From Erythrobacter sp. (GTDB lineage Bacteria > Pseudomonadota > Alphaproteobacteria > Sphingomonadales > Sphingomonadaceae), in contig NZ_JASJAP010000001.1 of assembly GCF_030066995.1 (NCBI RefSeq), positions 539,230 to 603,229 on the forward strand: a stretch of 64,000 nucleotides of DNA, given 5' to 3'. The translations under genes were made by a program, and so were the position numbers. Positions 36,903 to 46,919 of this stretch are shown here, piece after piece (the stretch's first letter is position 1; each line of letters begins with the position of its first letter). Under the pieces are notes generated by a model. The model made no database searches. It was given only the letters and a program-made list of their open reading frames with translations, and was not told the origin of the DNA.

Positions 36903-37721
36903 ATGAGTATGTTTTCCGGCCTCATCCGCGTGATGGAACGCGCCGCGCGAAAGGCGGGCGGGCGGTTACGCCGCGATTTTGGCGAAGTCGAGCACTTGCA
37001 GGTCAGCCGCAAGGGACCGGCGGATTTTGTCTCCAAGGCCGATATGCGCGCCGAACGCGCGCTGTACGACGATCTCAGCCAGGCGAGGCCGGGCTGGGGC
37101 TTCGTGATGGAAGAGGCGGGGGTGATCGAAGGCGATGAAGGCAAACCGCGCTGGATTGTCGATCCGCTCGATGGCACTTCGAATTTCCTGCACGGCATCC
37201 CGCACTTCGCAATCAGCATTGCGGTGCAGGAGCCGCGACTCGATGGTAAAGGCTGGGGCGAGGTGACGGCGGGCGTGATCTATCACCCGCTCGAAGACGC
37301 GACCTACTGGGCTGAGAAGTCGCGCGGTGCCTGGTTGCAGGATGCTCGCCTTCGTGTTTCGGCACGGGGAAGTCTGACCGACGCGCTGATTGCTACCGGC
37401 ATCCCTTTTCAGGGCCACGGAGACTTCGGCGAATGGAGTCGCATATTTGGCGCCATCGGGCCAGAGGTGGCCGGAATCCGCCGCTTTGGCGCGGCCTCGC
37501 TCGACCTTGCCTATCTTGCGCAAGGGCGCTTCGACGGCTTTTGGGAGAGCGGACTCAACGATTGGGACACCGCTGCTGGATGCCTGCTCGTGCGTGAGGC
37601 AGGCGGTTTTGTCAGCGATTTTCGCGGGCGCTCAAACCCGATTCACTCTGCCCAGATCCTCGCAGCCAACGACAAGCTGCACTCGAGATTGCACAAGATA
37701 CTCGCTGGATCCTTGCGGTAG
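36903..37721 (+). CDS. suhB: inositol monophosphatase family protein (SuhB-like)
   Basis: Motifs WIVDPLDGTSNF and the metal-binding aspartates. Confidence 0.85.
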   Translation: MSMFSGLIRVMERAARKAGGRLRRDFGEVEHLQVSRKGPADFVSKADMRAERALYDDLSQARPGWGFVMEEAGVIEGDEGKPRWIVDPLDGTSNFLHGIPHFAISIAVQEPRLDGKGWGEVTAGVIYHPLEDATYWAEKSRGAWLQDARLRVSARGSLTDALIATGIPFQGHGDFGEWSRIFGAIGPEVAGIRRFGAASLDLAYLAQGRFDGFWESGLNDWDTAAGCLLVREAGGFVSDFRGRSNPIHSAQILAANDKLHSRLHKILAGSLR

Positions 37722-37725
37722 TACC

Positions 37726-39015
37726 CTACTCGGTTCGCAGCGCCTCAATGGGGGAAAGCCGCGAAGCGCGAATGGCGGGGTAGCCGCCGAAGACGAGCCC
37801 GATAAACGCAGAAAAGACCACGGCGCCGATCGCGGTGGCTATTCCGACCGGCACCGGAAAGTCGAAGCTGGCTTCCAGAGTGACGCCGGTCAACCAAGCA
37901 AGGATAATGCCCACGGCACCGCCGAGCATACACAGCACCGCAGCCTCAACCAGAAACTGGTTGCGAATGTCGCTGCGTCGCGCGCCAAGCGCCATGCGAA
38001 GCCCGATTTCCCTCGTGCGCTCTGTGACGCTCACCAGCATGATATTCATGATGCCGATCCCTCCGACAAGCAGGGAGATCGAGGCAATGGCGACGAGGAC
38101 ACCTTGCAGTATACCGGTTATGAACTGACTCTGTTCGACAAACTCTTCGGTGGTACGCACCGTAAATGGAGTCACATCGCCAAATTCCACATTGTAGCGA
38201 TCCTTCAGCAAGGCAATGATTTCTGTCTTGCCACGCGAAAGCGATGCCCCCTCTTGGAAGGCCACAAAGGCAAGCTGCAAATCATCGGGACCAGGTAACG
38301 TGTCGCCAACAAATCGTTGCCGCATGGTTGTGATCGGCATGAGCATCGTGTCGTCGGTATCATCACCCAAGGTCGAGCCCTTCTCCTCCAGAAGCCCGAT
38401 AATGGCGAAAGGCACGCCGTTCACCCGCACGGTTTCACCGATGGGGTCCGCCTCGCCGAACAAGGTCTCCGACACCGTGCGCCCCAACACAACGACCCTC
38501 GCGGATGAGCGTACGTCCGTGTTGCTGATGTAGCGGCCCCGGTCCACCGAATGCACGGTTGCGATCTCGTAGCCCGGCGTCGTGCCGACCACTTCCGTGG
38601 ATGCGCTCGCGCCTGGTACAACGATATCAAAGCTCTGGCGCAATTGCGGCGCGGTGGCCCGCACGAGAGGCACTTCGCGCTCGATCGCATCGACATCGCG
38701 CTGGGTCAATCGCCCGCGCTCACTGTCTGTGCGGCGCGGTGGGCCACCTTCGTCATCATCCGGTCGCGGGATTAGGATGGCCATGTTCGAACCGAACCCG
38801 TCGATCGTCTCGGTCACCGCTTCTCGTGCCCCATTGCCCACCGCGACAGCCAAGGTCACGGCGAACACGCCGATCAGTACGCCGAGCATGGTCAGGACAG
38901 AACGCATGACATTGGTGCGCAGGGCCGTCATTGCGATGGCAAAGTTCACCGCAAGGCTTGCCATCGGATTGCGCGTGGGGCTGGCAGAGGGGAGAAGCTC
39001 AGATGCTGTTGCCAT
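37726..39015 (-). CDS. MacB-type ABC efflux permease (FtsX-like, four TM plus large periplasmic domain)
   Basis: MacB_PCD and FtsX domain signatures. The start overlaps the ATPase stop by 1 nt. Confidence 0.85.
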   Translation of the reverse strand: MATASELLPSASPTRNPMASLAVNFAIAMTALRTNVMRSVLTMLGVLIGVFAVTLAVAVGNGAREAVTETIDGFGSNMAILIPRPDDDEGGPPRRTDSERGRLTQRDVDAIEREVPLVRATAPQLRQSFDIVVPGASASTEVVGTTPGYEIATVHSVDRGRYISNTDVRSSARVVVLGRTVSETLFGEADPIGETVRVNGVPFAIIGLLEEKGSTLGDDTDDTMLMPITTMRQRFVGDTLPGPDDLQLAFVAFQEGASLSRGKTEIIALLKDRYNVEFGDVTPFTVRTTEEFVEQSQFITGILQGVLVAIASISLLVGGIGIMNIMLVSVTERTREIGLRMALGARRSDIRNQFLVEAAVLCMLGGAVGIILAWLTGVTLEASFDFPVPVGIATAIGAVVFSAFIGLVFGGYPAIRASRLSPIEALRTE

Positions 39016-39751
39016 TACGCGGCCTCGTCATTCGGAGCTGCAATTCTGCGGTCTTCCACAAGCTTGTCCTCGATGACTTTGCCATCGCGAAACTCGATCC
39101 GGCGTTTTGCGTGAAGCGCAATTTCATCCTCGTGCGTCACCACGATAACAGTAATGCCTTGCTCGTTGAGCTCTTCGAAGATCGCCATTATGTCTTCGCT
39201 GGTGCGAGTATCAAGCGCGCCCGTGGGTTCGTCAGCCAGCAGGATGAGCGGCTCTGTAACCAGCGCGCGCGCAATCGCAACGCGCTGCTGCTGTCCTCCA
39301 GAAAGTTTGGCTGGAGTGTTCAATAGACGGTCTCCCAGACCCATTGCTATCAGCTTTGCGGTGGCTCGTTCGCGCCGCGTTGCGGCATCAAGCCCGGCGT
39401 AGATGAGGGGCACGGCCACATTGTCGATCGATGAGGTTCGGGCGAGCAGATTGAACTGCTGAAAGACGAAACCGATCTTGCGGTTGCGCAGGGACGCGAG
39501 TGCATCGCTCGACATGTTTTGTGTGGGCGTGCCATCGACCAACACTTCTCCGGACGTAGGCACATCGAGGCACCCTATCATGTTCATAAAGGTCGATTTG
39601 CCCGAGCCACTGGTGCCCATGATCGCGACATATTCGCCTTCATCGATGCGCAGGGAAACCCCATTGACCGCATGGATCGTCTCGCCACCCAGCCTGTACG
39701 TTTTGACAAGGTCGCGAGTTTCAACAAGGGGGCGGGGCGCGTTGGCGGGCA
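39015..39751 (-). CDS. ABC transporter ATP-binding protein (MacB/LolD type)
   Basis: Walker A GTSGSGKST, signature LSGGQQQRVAIARAL, and Walker B LLADEPT. The start MPANAP abuts the adaptor stop. Confidence 0.85.
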
Positions 39752-40972
39752 TTACTCGCTTTCGCTCGCCTCGCGTGATCGGACAAGGATGGCTTGCCCC
39801 TCTTTCAGACCTGACACGACTTCTGCGAATTCCTCGCCCTCCAGGCCCAGCTCGATTACATGCCGTGACGGATTGAAAGGATCCTCGCCCGGTAGCCACA
39901 CGCTCGTTTCCTGCGACATTTGCTCGGGCGACGGCAGGTTCTCTTCCTCGCGATCTTCTTCGCGTGGCAGGAAGCGGGTCGCCGCTATCGGCACACGTAT
40001 GGCGTCAGTGCGTCGTCCGGTAATGATATCGACATTCGCGGTCATACCGGTGAGCAATTGGCCATCCGAATTGTCAACGTCGAGGATAACAAGATAGCTG
40101 ACCGCGCTGCCTGATTGGGTGGCGGATTTGCGGATTTGTCCGACCTTCGCTTCAAAAATCTGATTGGGATAGCTGTCCACGCTGAAGCGGACATCCTGTC
40201 CTTCGCGTACCTGACCAATATCCGCTTCATCGACAGCGGCTTCGACCTGCATCCGGCTCGTGTCAGCGGCGATGGTGAAAAGATTGGGTGTCTGGAAATT
40301 CGCCGCGACGGTGGTGCCCGGCTCGACCAACTTATCGATCACCACTCCGCTCGTCGGCGCAATTATTCGGGTGCGCGACAGATCGAGTTCGGCGGCTCGC
40401 AATTGGGCCGTTGATTGCGCGATCTGTGCGCGTGCGCTCTGCGCTTGGGCCTGCGCTGTGCTGAGCGATGCTTTCGCGGCGACAAGAGCGTTTTGCGCTT
40501 GGTCAAGCGATCCGCCCGATACAAAGCCTTTCTGGGAGAGCTCTTTGCGGCGATCATACTCGCGCTGCTGCACTTCAACATCGGTTGTAGCACCGGAAAT
40601 CGCAGCTTCAGCCTGAGCAAGCGACGCTTGCGCCAGCAGTACTTGAGCGCGCGCTTGGGTGACCTGCGCTCGTACCCGGATGGGGTCGATTTGCGCAAGT
40701 AGTTGACCCTTTTCCACCGGCGAATTGAAATCGACAAAAACATCGGTGATCTGGCCTGAAACTTCCGCACCGACATTGATCGTATTCAGCGCCCGCAAAG
40801 TCCCGCTTGCCGAGACCACACGAACCACTTCGCCGCGTGTGACTTTTTGCGTCACGTATTCATAGCTGCGCCCACCGGACGACAAATACATGAAGAAAAA
40901 CCCCGCGACCAAGATCACGAGGATGGTCGAAACAATCGGTCGGCTCTTGATCAGCCCCCAGAACCTATTCAC
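39752..40972 (-). CDS. HlyD/MacA-family periplasmic adaptor (membrane fusion protein)
   Basis: N-terminal TM, a long coiled-coil, and a beta-barrel/MPD C-terminus. It is the first gene of a three-gene efflux operon. Confidence 0.85.
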   Translation of the reverse strand: MNRFWGLIKSRPIVSTILVILVAGFFFMYLSSGGRSYEYVTQKVTRGEVVRVVSASGTLRALNTINVGAEVSGQITDVFVDFNSPVEKGQLLAQIDPIRVRAQVTQARAQVLLAQASLAQAEAAISGATTDVEVQQREYDRRKELSQKGFVSGGSLDQAQNALVAAKASLSTAQAQAQSARAQIAQSTAQLRAAELDLSRTRIIAPTSGVVIDKLVEPGTTVAANFQTPNLFTIAADTSRMQVEAAVDEADIGQVREGQDVRFSVDSYPNQIFEAKVGQIRKSATQSGSAVSYLVILDVDNSDGQLLTGMTANVDIITGRRTDAIRVPIAATRFLPREEDREEENLPSPEQMSQETSVWLPGEDPFNPSRHVIELGLEGEEFAEVVSGLKEGQAILVRSREASESE

Positions 40973-41158
40973 TTTTCGACCCTTTCCGCCGCCCCGTTAC
41001 TTGGCCTCATGACACCGGTCGCCCATCTGCTCAAGAGGTTTAGAGGTCGCGGCACGTATCGCGTGCGGCACCCGGGTAGCTCGGGGGTGAAGCAAAGGGA
41101 AAGCTTGATGCGCAGCGCCCGCGGCGCTAACAGCGCGCCTTCCGCTTATAAGCGCCGT

Positions 41159-41244
41159 GCCCCTGTGGTGGAATTGGTAGACGCGAGCGATTCAAAATCG
41201 CTTTCCTTTTAGGAGTGCCCGTTCGAGTCGGGCCAGGGGCACCA
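41159..41244 (+). tRNA. tRNA-Leu (anticodon CAA)
   Basis: Type II tRNA with a long variable arm. Acceptor GCCCCUG/CAGGGGC, anticodon loop UUCAAAA, T-arm CCCGUUCGAGUCGGG, and CCA encoded. Confidence 0.9.
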
Positions 41245-41290
41245 TTTCCTTTACTGATTCCCGATCGGTATTCTTTGCGATTACCCGGAT

Positions 41291-41313
41291 GCGCTGCGCT
41301 GCGCTGCGCTGAG
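41291..41313. repeat. (GCGCTG)n hexanucleotide microsatellite of about 3.8 units
   Basis: gcgctgcgctgcgctgcgctga is read directly from the sequence, between the tRNA-Leu and the transporter gene. Confidence 0.5.
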
Positions 41314-41377
41314 CACGGCACAAACCCTCTTGCCATTCGCCGGGGCCTCGGGGATTAACGCGCTCGAGCGACAGTTT

Positions 41378-43177
41378 ATGGTTTCAATGCCTTCCTATCA
41401 CGCAATCGCCGCGATGGCTGTGACGGTTGCCATGTTCGTCGCCTTTGCGCGCGGGCGCTTGTCCGTCGAAATTGTCAGCCTGTTGACCATCGCGGTAATC
41501 GCGGTTGGTCTGTACTTTTTTCCACTTGAGGGAGGCAAGCCAAGCGACGGGCTGGCGCTCGCCTTCGGGGGGTTTGGGCACTACGCGCTGATCACCATTT
41601 GCGCGCTGATGATTATGGGGCGAGGGCTGGTGGTAACCGGCGCGCTTGAGCCGGCCGCCCGGCTGCTTGAAGGCATCTTCAAGGTCAATTTGCAGCTAGG
41701 CCTTCTGGTCTCGCTGCTCATCGCCTTCTTCCTCTCGATGGCGGTCAATGACACGCCGGTTCTGGTGCTGCTCCTGCCGATTTTTGTCGCACTTGCGGCA
41801 AAGGGCGCAATGCCCGCCTCCAAAACGCTTATCCCATTAAACGCTGCGGTGCTGATCGGCGGGATGGCGACGACGATCGGTACCTCGACCAACATTCTTG
41901 TGACCTCGATCGCGGTCGATCTTGGCGAACCACAGATGAGTGTTTTCCACTATTCGCCCATCGTTCTGATCGCCGCTTTGGTGGCGCTGCCTTACCTTTG
42001 GCTCGTCATGCCACGTCTGCTTGATGACAACAGCGTTGAGGCGGATGCGGCGCGACGGCAGTTCCACACGAGGCTGCGAGTGGGCAGCGACAGTTTGTTG
42101 ACCGGCAAAGAACTGGAAGCGGTGCGCGACAAGCTGCCCTCCAGCATCACCTTTCATTCTCCGCCCATGGGGGCGTTGCAGCCCCAGCAGCGCTTGCACA
42201 TCTCCGGGACCCACGAAGCGCTCGAAGACGCGACGCGCGTGCTAAGGGGAGAACTCGCGCCAAGCTGGGTGCTCGATCGCATTCGGCGCACCGCGTCGGC
42301 AAATTCCGAAGATATCATGGTCGTTGAGATGACGGTCACGGCGGATTCGCGCCTCATCACCCGCACGCTTCCCAGCTCCGGCATTGCCGATCTTTATGGC
42401 GTAGCGGTGCTTGGCATCCATCGGCCCGAACGGCTGTTGGGTGAGCGCGATCAGTACTCGGAAGGCGGCGATCTCAGGATTGCGGAGGGCGATGTTCTTC
42501 TTGTGATGGGGCTTGTCGACGATCTTCAAGCCTTTTCGCGCAACGACAGCCTCTTGATGCTTGAAGGCGCGCGCGAGCTTCCACGCCGATCGAAGGCGGT
42601 GCTGTCGGCCGCAATTATGTTCGGCAGCGTATTCATGGCATCGATCGGCTGGCTGCCGATCGCGATCAGCGCGCTGGCGGGCGCGATCCTGATGTTTGTG
42701 ACCGGCTGCGTGAAGTTTGATCGAGTGGGCCGCGCTCTGTCGGGCAAGGTCATCGTCTTGGTCGCCGCCAGCATCGCCATCGGGCGCATCATACTTGAAA
42801 GCGGAGCGGCCGCTTGGCTGGGGCAGGTGCTATCGCTGGGACTCGGATTCCTGCCCCCCGCTCTGGTGCTCGCCGCCATCATGACGTTTGTAACCTTGCT
42901 CACAAACTTTGCGTCCAACGCCACGGCCGCAACGGTCGGCACGCCGATCGCCTTCAACATCGCGACACAACTTGACTTACCACCCGAGCCGCTGATCCTG
43001 GCCGTGCTTTTTGGGTGCAACCTGTGTTACGCAACGCCAATTGCCTACCAGACCAATATGCTGATCATGGCTGAGGGCTCTTACGAGTTTAAGGATTACA
43101 TCCGTACCGGTGTGCCCTTGGTCGCGTTGATGGTGACGGTCCTCTCGATCCTGCTGGTGCTATTCTACGGTCTTTGA
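41378..43177 (+). CDS. DASS/SLC13-family anion:Na+ symporter with central TrkA-C (RCK_C) domains
   Basis: Two membrane halves with re-entrant loop motifs and a cytoplasmic double TrkA_C insert. The start is taken at MVSMPSYH. Confidence 0.75.
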   Translation: MVSMPSYHAIAAMAVTVAMFVAFARGRLSVEIVSLLTIAVIAVGLYFFPLEGGKPSDGLALAFGGFGHYALITICALMIMGRGLVVTGALEPAARLLEGIFKVNLQLGLLVSLLIAFFLSMAVNDTPVLVLLLPIFVALAAKGAMPASKTLIPLNAAVLIGGMATTIGTSTNILVTSIAVDLGEPQMSVFHYSPIVLIAALVALPYLWLVMPRLLDDNSVEADAARRQFHTRLRVGSDSLLTGKELEAVRDKLPSSITFHSPPMGALQPQQRLHISGTHEALEDATRVLRGELAPSWVLDRIRRTASANSEDIMVVEMTVTADSRLITRTLPSSGIADLYGVAVLGIHRPERLLGERDQYSEGGDLRIAEGDVLLVMGLVDDLQAFSRNDSLLMLEGARELPRRSKAVLSAAIMFGSVFMASIGWLPIAISALAGAILMFVTGCVKFDRVGRALSGKVIVLVAASIAIGRIILESGAAAWLGQVLSLGLGFLPPALVLAAIMTFVTLLTNFASNATAATVGTPIAFNIATQLDLPPEPLILAVLFGCNLCYATPIAYQTNMLIMAEGSYEFKDYIRTGVPLVALMVTVLSILLVLFYGL

Positions 43178-43325
43178 GGAACTCTGCAGGACCGTCGCGC
43201 GGTTGCGAACTCAATCCTCTAAACAGTAACGACCGCCAGGACGCCAGGCTTGCCAGCGTCTTGACGGTCGCCTTCTCCTCCCCAGGAGAACCGTTGAAGT
43301 GGAGCGCGGCGTTAGCGCCCCGCGC

Positions 43326-43523
43326 TTAGGGCGCCGGGACGTAAGTGCCCAGACGATGGTGCAGCGCGTTGATTTTAGCCAGCTCTTCGCGGTCTTCGGT
43401 GGTTCGCGCGTGGCTTTCGAGCGCGCGGCGCAGCAGTTTCATATCCGCTGTTGAGAGCAAGGCGCGCGCGCGCCCTGGTTCAGCGCGCTTTGGTTCGGAA
43501 TTCGGTGTGTCGGTGTCGCTCAT
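43326..43523 (-). CDS. hypothetical small protein (about 65 aa)
   Basis: ORF from MSDTDTPNSEPKRAEP... immediately downstream of aceA on the same strand. There is no family assignment. Confidence 0.3.
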   Translation of the reverse strand: MSDTDTPNSEPKRAEPGRARALLSTADMKLLRRALESHARTTEDREELAKINALHHRLGTYVPAP

Positions 43524-43640
43524 CGTCTCTCTCCCAGGGCCTTGAAGGGTACAACCTTCACAGTCCCAAAGTGGTGGCAGTGGCAAACCGTTCCCATGGG
43601 GATGCAAGAGATGCAACCCCATGGGTGTTGGTTGTCCAGT

Positions 43641-45240
43641 CTAAGCGGCGGCGAACTGATTCATGGTGTTGTCCTTGCCGCCCGCCTTGAGCGCGGCTTC
43701 ACCGGCGAAGTACTCTTTGTGATCATCGCCGATATCGCTGCCGGCCATGTTCTGGTGCTTCACGCAGGCGATGCCTTGGCGGATTTCCTCGCGCTGTACG
43801 TTGAGCACGTAGCCGAGCATGGCTTCCTCACCGAAGTAGCGCTTGGCGAGGTTGTCGGTGCTGAGCGCCGCGGTGTGATAGGTGGGCAAGGTAATAAGGT
43901 GATGGAAGATTCCGGCGCGCGCGCTCGCGTCCCTCTGGAAAGTGCGGATCTTCTCGTCCGCTTCGGCCGCAAGCTCGGTGTCGTCATAGTCCACGCTCAT
44001 GAGCTTGGTGCGGTCATAAACTGAGACGTCCTTTCCGGCCTCATCCCAGGCATCATAGACTTGTTGGCGGAAGTTAAGCGTCCAGTTGAAGCTGGGTGAA
44101 TTGTTGTAGACGAGTTTGGCGTTCGGGATCGTCTCGCGCACCTTGTCGACCATTTCAGCTATCTGTTCGACATGCGGCTTCTCGGTTTCGATCCATAGCA
44201 GGTCGGCGCCGTTCTGGAGCGAAGTTACGCAGTCGAGTACCACGCGATCCATACCCGTTCCCGGACGGAACTGGTAAAGGTTAGATGGCAGACGCTTGGG
44301 TTCAAGCAGCTTGCCATCGCGGCTGATGTATACCTGACCATTCTTGATGTTGGCCGGATCGACCTCTTCGGCGTCGATAAAGCTGTTGTACTGATCACCC
44401 AGATCCCCCGGCTCGGTGGAATAGGCGATCTGTTTGGTGAGTCCCGCGCCAAGCGAGTCGGTGCGCGCGACAATCACGCCGTCGTCCACGCCAAGCTCAA
44501 GGAACGCGTGACGGCAGGCGCGAATCTTTTGAATGAAATCTTCGTGCGGAACGGTCACCTTGCCGTCCTGGTGACCACACTGCTTCTCGTCTGAGACCTG
44601 ATTTTCGATCTGCAGAGCGCATGCGCCCGCTTCAATCATCTTCTTGGCGAGCAGATAGGTGGCTTCCGCGTTGCCGAACCCGGCGTCAATATCGGCGATA
44701 ATTGGGACAACGTGGGTTTCATAATTGTCGATCTGATTGGTAAGGTCTTGCGCCTTCACTTCGTCGCCCGCATCCCGCGCCGCGTCGAGATCGCGGAACA
44801 TCAGGCCCAATTCGCGGGCGTCGGCTTGCTTCAAGAACGTGTAGAGTTCTTCGATCAGAGCAGGAACGCTGGTCTTTTCATGCATTGACTGGTCGGGAAG
44901 GGGGCCGAATTCGCTGCGAAGAGCGGCGACCATCCAGCCGGAAAGGTAGAGGTAGCGCTTCTTGGTCGAACCGAAGTGCTTCTTGATGCTGATCATCTTT
45001 TGTTGGCCGATGAAACCGTGCCAGCATCCCAATGACTGCGTGTAGGCGGCGGGATCAGCGTCGTAAGCGTCCATATCCGCGCGCATGACTTTCGCGGTGT
45101 ACTTGGCGATATCGAGACCGGTCTTGAAACGGTTCTGCAGAACCATACGCGCCGCGCCTTCGGCATCTATGGCGGACCAGCCGGCGCCGTTGGCCTCGAC
45201 AAGGCTGCGCATCTGGTTGATTGTGTCTGTGTATGTCATG
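43641..45240 (-). CDS. aceA: isocitrate lyase (long, about 530-aa form)
   Basis: Contains the KKCGHQDGK catalytic motif (seen as EKQCGHQDGKV). The start is taken at MTYTDTINQ. Confidence 0.9.
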
Positions 45241-45378
45241 CTTGAGTTCTCCTGAGCTTTTGATCGGGGTGTGTTCCCGAGGGGGAGGGGATGCTTGACC
45301 CATGCGATATTGCAGTGCGTCATAACAGGAAAATATCCATACAATCGTGTCTCTATCAGCGATTCTGGGCTAGTGACT

Positions 45379-45406
45379 TGTGTAAATATGTAAAGTAATT
45401 TACACA
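45379..45406. promoter_or_regulatory. AT-rich inverted repeat TGTGTAAAT-N10-ATTTACACA
   Basis: Perfect 9-bp arms, 8 nt upstream of the regulator ATG, within the aceA/regulator divergent intergenic region. Confidence 0.45.
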
Positions 45407-45413
45407 GCTGCGC

Positions 45414-46751
45414 ATGGCTGAATCCGCCCTTCTCGCCGGGCCCTCTTTGCGCCGACTGCGCAAACGCGAAGGGCTGACGCAGGCCGCAATGGCTGCCTCT
45501 CTCGGTATTTCACCCAGCTATCTCAATCTGATCGAGCGCAATCAGCGTCCCTTGTCCGCGCGCGTGCTGGTCCAAGTGATCGAGCGCTTCGACTTCGATC
45601 CCAGTTCTTTACGCGAAGACGAGGCCATTGGCGGAGTCGATGGTCTGGCCAGGCGCATGGCGGATAAGCGTTTTGCCGACTTAGCCATTGATCGCGAAGA
45701 ACTGCAGGAGTTCCTCGCTGCCGCGCCGCAGGCCGCCGCTGCCTTTGCCCGGCTGTACGACAATTCGGGATCCCAGATGCCGCTTGATGAAGACCCCGCT
45801 GGCGACGCGCGCCGGGCGGTGGAGCGCTGGCAGAACCATTTCGCCGATCTGGATCACACCTGCGAAGATTTGTCCGACGAATTGCGATTGTCGCGATCGG
45901 ATGTCAGCGCGGCGCTGAATGAGCGTTTGCGTGAACGCCATCAGCTTCAGGTCCGCATTCTGCCCGCAGAGGTCATGCCCGGCATTGTCCACCGGCTTGA
46001 TCTGCACAACCGTCAATTACAGCTTTCCGAGATGCTTCCCGGTGCCGCGCGGCGCTTTCAGATTGCCCGGCAGGTCGCGAGTCTCGAGCTGCGCGAGGCC
46101 ATCACCCAGCAAATTGAAGGGGCGGGCCTCGCCAACGCCGAAGCGCGCGAGCTTTTTCGCGATCATGTTACCGATTATTGCGCGGGGGCTATCCAGATGC
46201 CCTATCGCCGATTCCTGCGCGCTTGTGAGCAGACGGGATACGATCTGGCCGTTCTTCAGCGCCGATTTGCTTCCAGCTTTGATCAGGTCGCGCAGCGCCT
46301 CACAACACTACAGCGCGTGGGAGAACGCGGCTTGCCCTTCTTCAGCGCGCGTTTTGGACGCACGGGTCGCATGGTTGGATTCACCGCAGGGGCAAGCGGG
46401 GCCATTTACCCAATCGAAGGCGCGCGCTGGCCCGCCTGGGTTCCCTATGCCGCGTTTGAAAGCCGTGGTTCCATGCTCACTCAAACGGTGACGTTCGGCG
46501 AGGGTGAGGCGGCTCCGCGCCATTGGTTCACGATCGCGCGTACGGTGGAGGTGGACGGAGTGGCGTGTTCCGCGCGAAAAGCGATTGTACTCGGCATCGA
46601 GGCGCGCTTTGCGACCGAGCTTGCGCAGGCGCGCGGTGTCTCGCTTGATCCAGCGGACGCAACACCGCTTGGAACGCCGTGCCCGCGCTGCGGGCGCACC
46701 GATTGTCTGATGCCGGCGAGCGCGCGTCTGGCGACCGGTCCACAACCGTAG
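45414..46751 (+). CDS. XRE-family HTH regulator with ImmA/IrrE-like and DUF2083 domains (RamB/ScfR-like glyoxylate-shunt regulator)
   Basis: N-terminal HTH (LRRLRKREGLTQAAMAASLGISPSYLNLIERNQRP) and a long C-terminal domain. It is divergent from aceA, as ramB homologues are. Confidence 0.75.
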   Translation: MAESALLAGPSLRRLRKREGLTQAAMAASLGISPSYLNLIERNQRPLSARVLVQVIERFDFDPSSLREDEAIGGVDGLARRMADKRFADLAIDREELQEFLAAAPQAAAAFARLYDNSGSQMPLDEDPAGDARRAVERWQNHFADLDHTCEDLSDELRLSRSDVSAALNERLRERHQLQVRILPAEVMPGIVHRLDLHNRQLQLSEMLPGAARRFQIARQVASLELREAITQQIEGAGLANAEARELFRDHVTDYCAGAIQMPYRRFLRACEQTGYDLAVLQRRFASSFDQVAQRLTTLQRVGERGLPFFSARFGRTGRMVGFTAGASGAIYPIEGARWPAWVPYAAFESRGSMLTQTVTFGEGEAAPRHWFTIARTVEVDGVACSARKAIVLGIEARFATELAQARGVSLDPADATPLGTPCPRCGRTDCLMPASARLATGPQP

Positions 46752-46919
46752 CAGGGGTGAGATCGCGCCGGTATCGATCCACGCTGCTAAGAGGCGGTTA
46801 ACCATTGTCTCGCCCGGCTGACCGGGCTTCTCGGGGCGGCTGTAAAGTTTACCGACACTTAAACACTGCGCTTTAGAGCCGCTTGTGCAGACCTGTCACG
46901 CGAGCGCCCTGGACGACCC

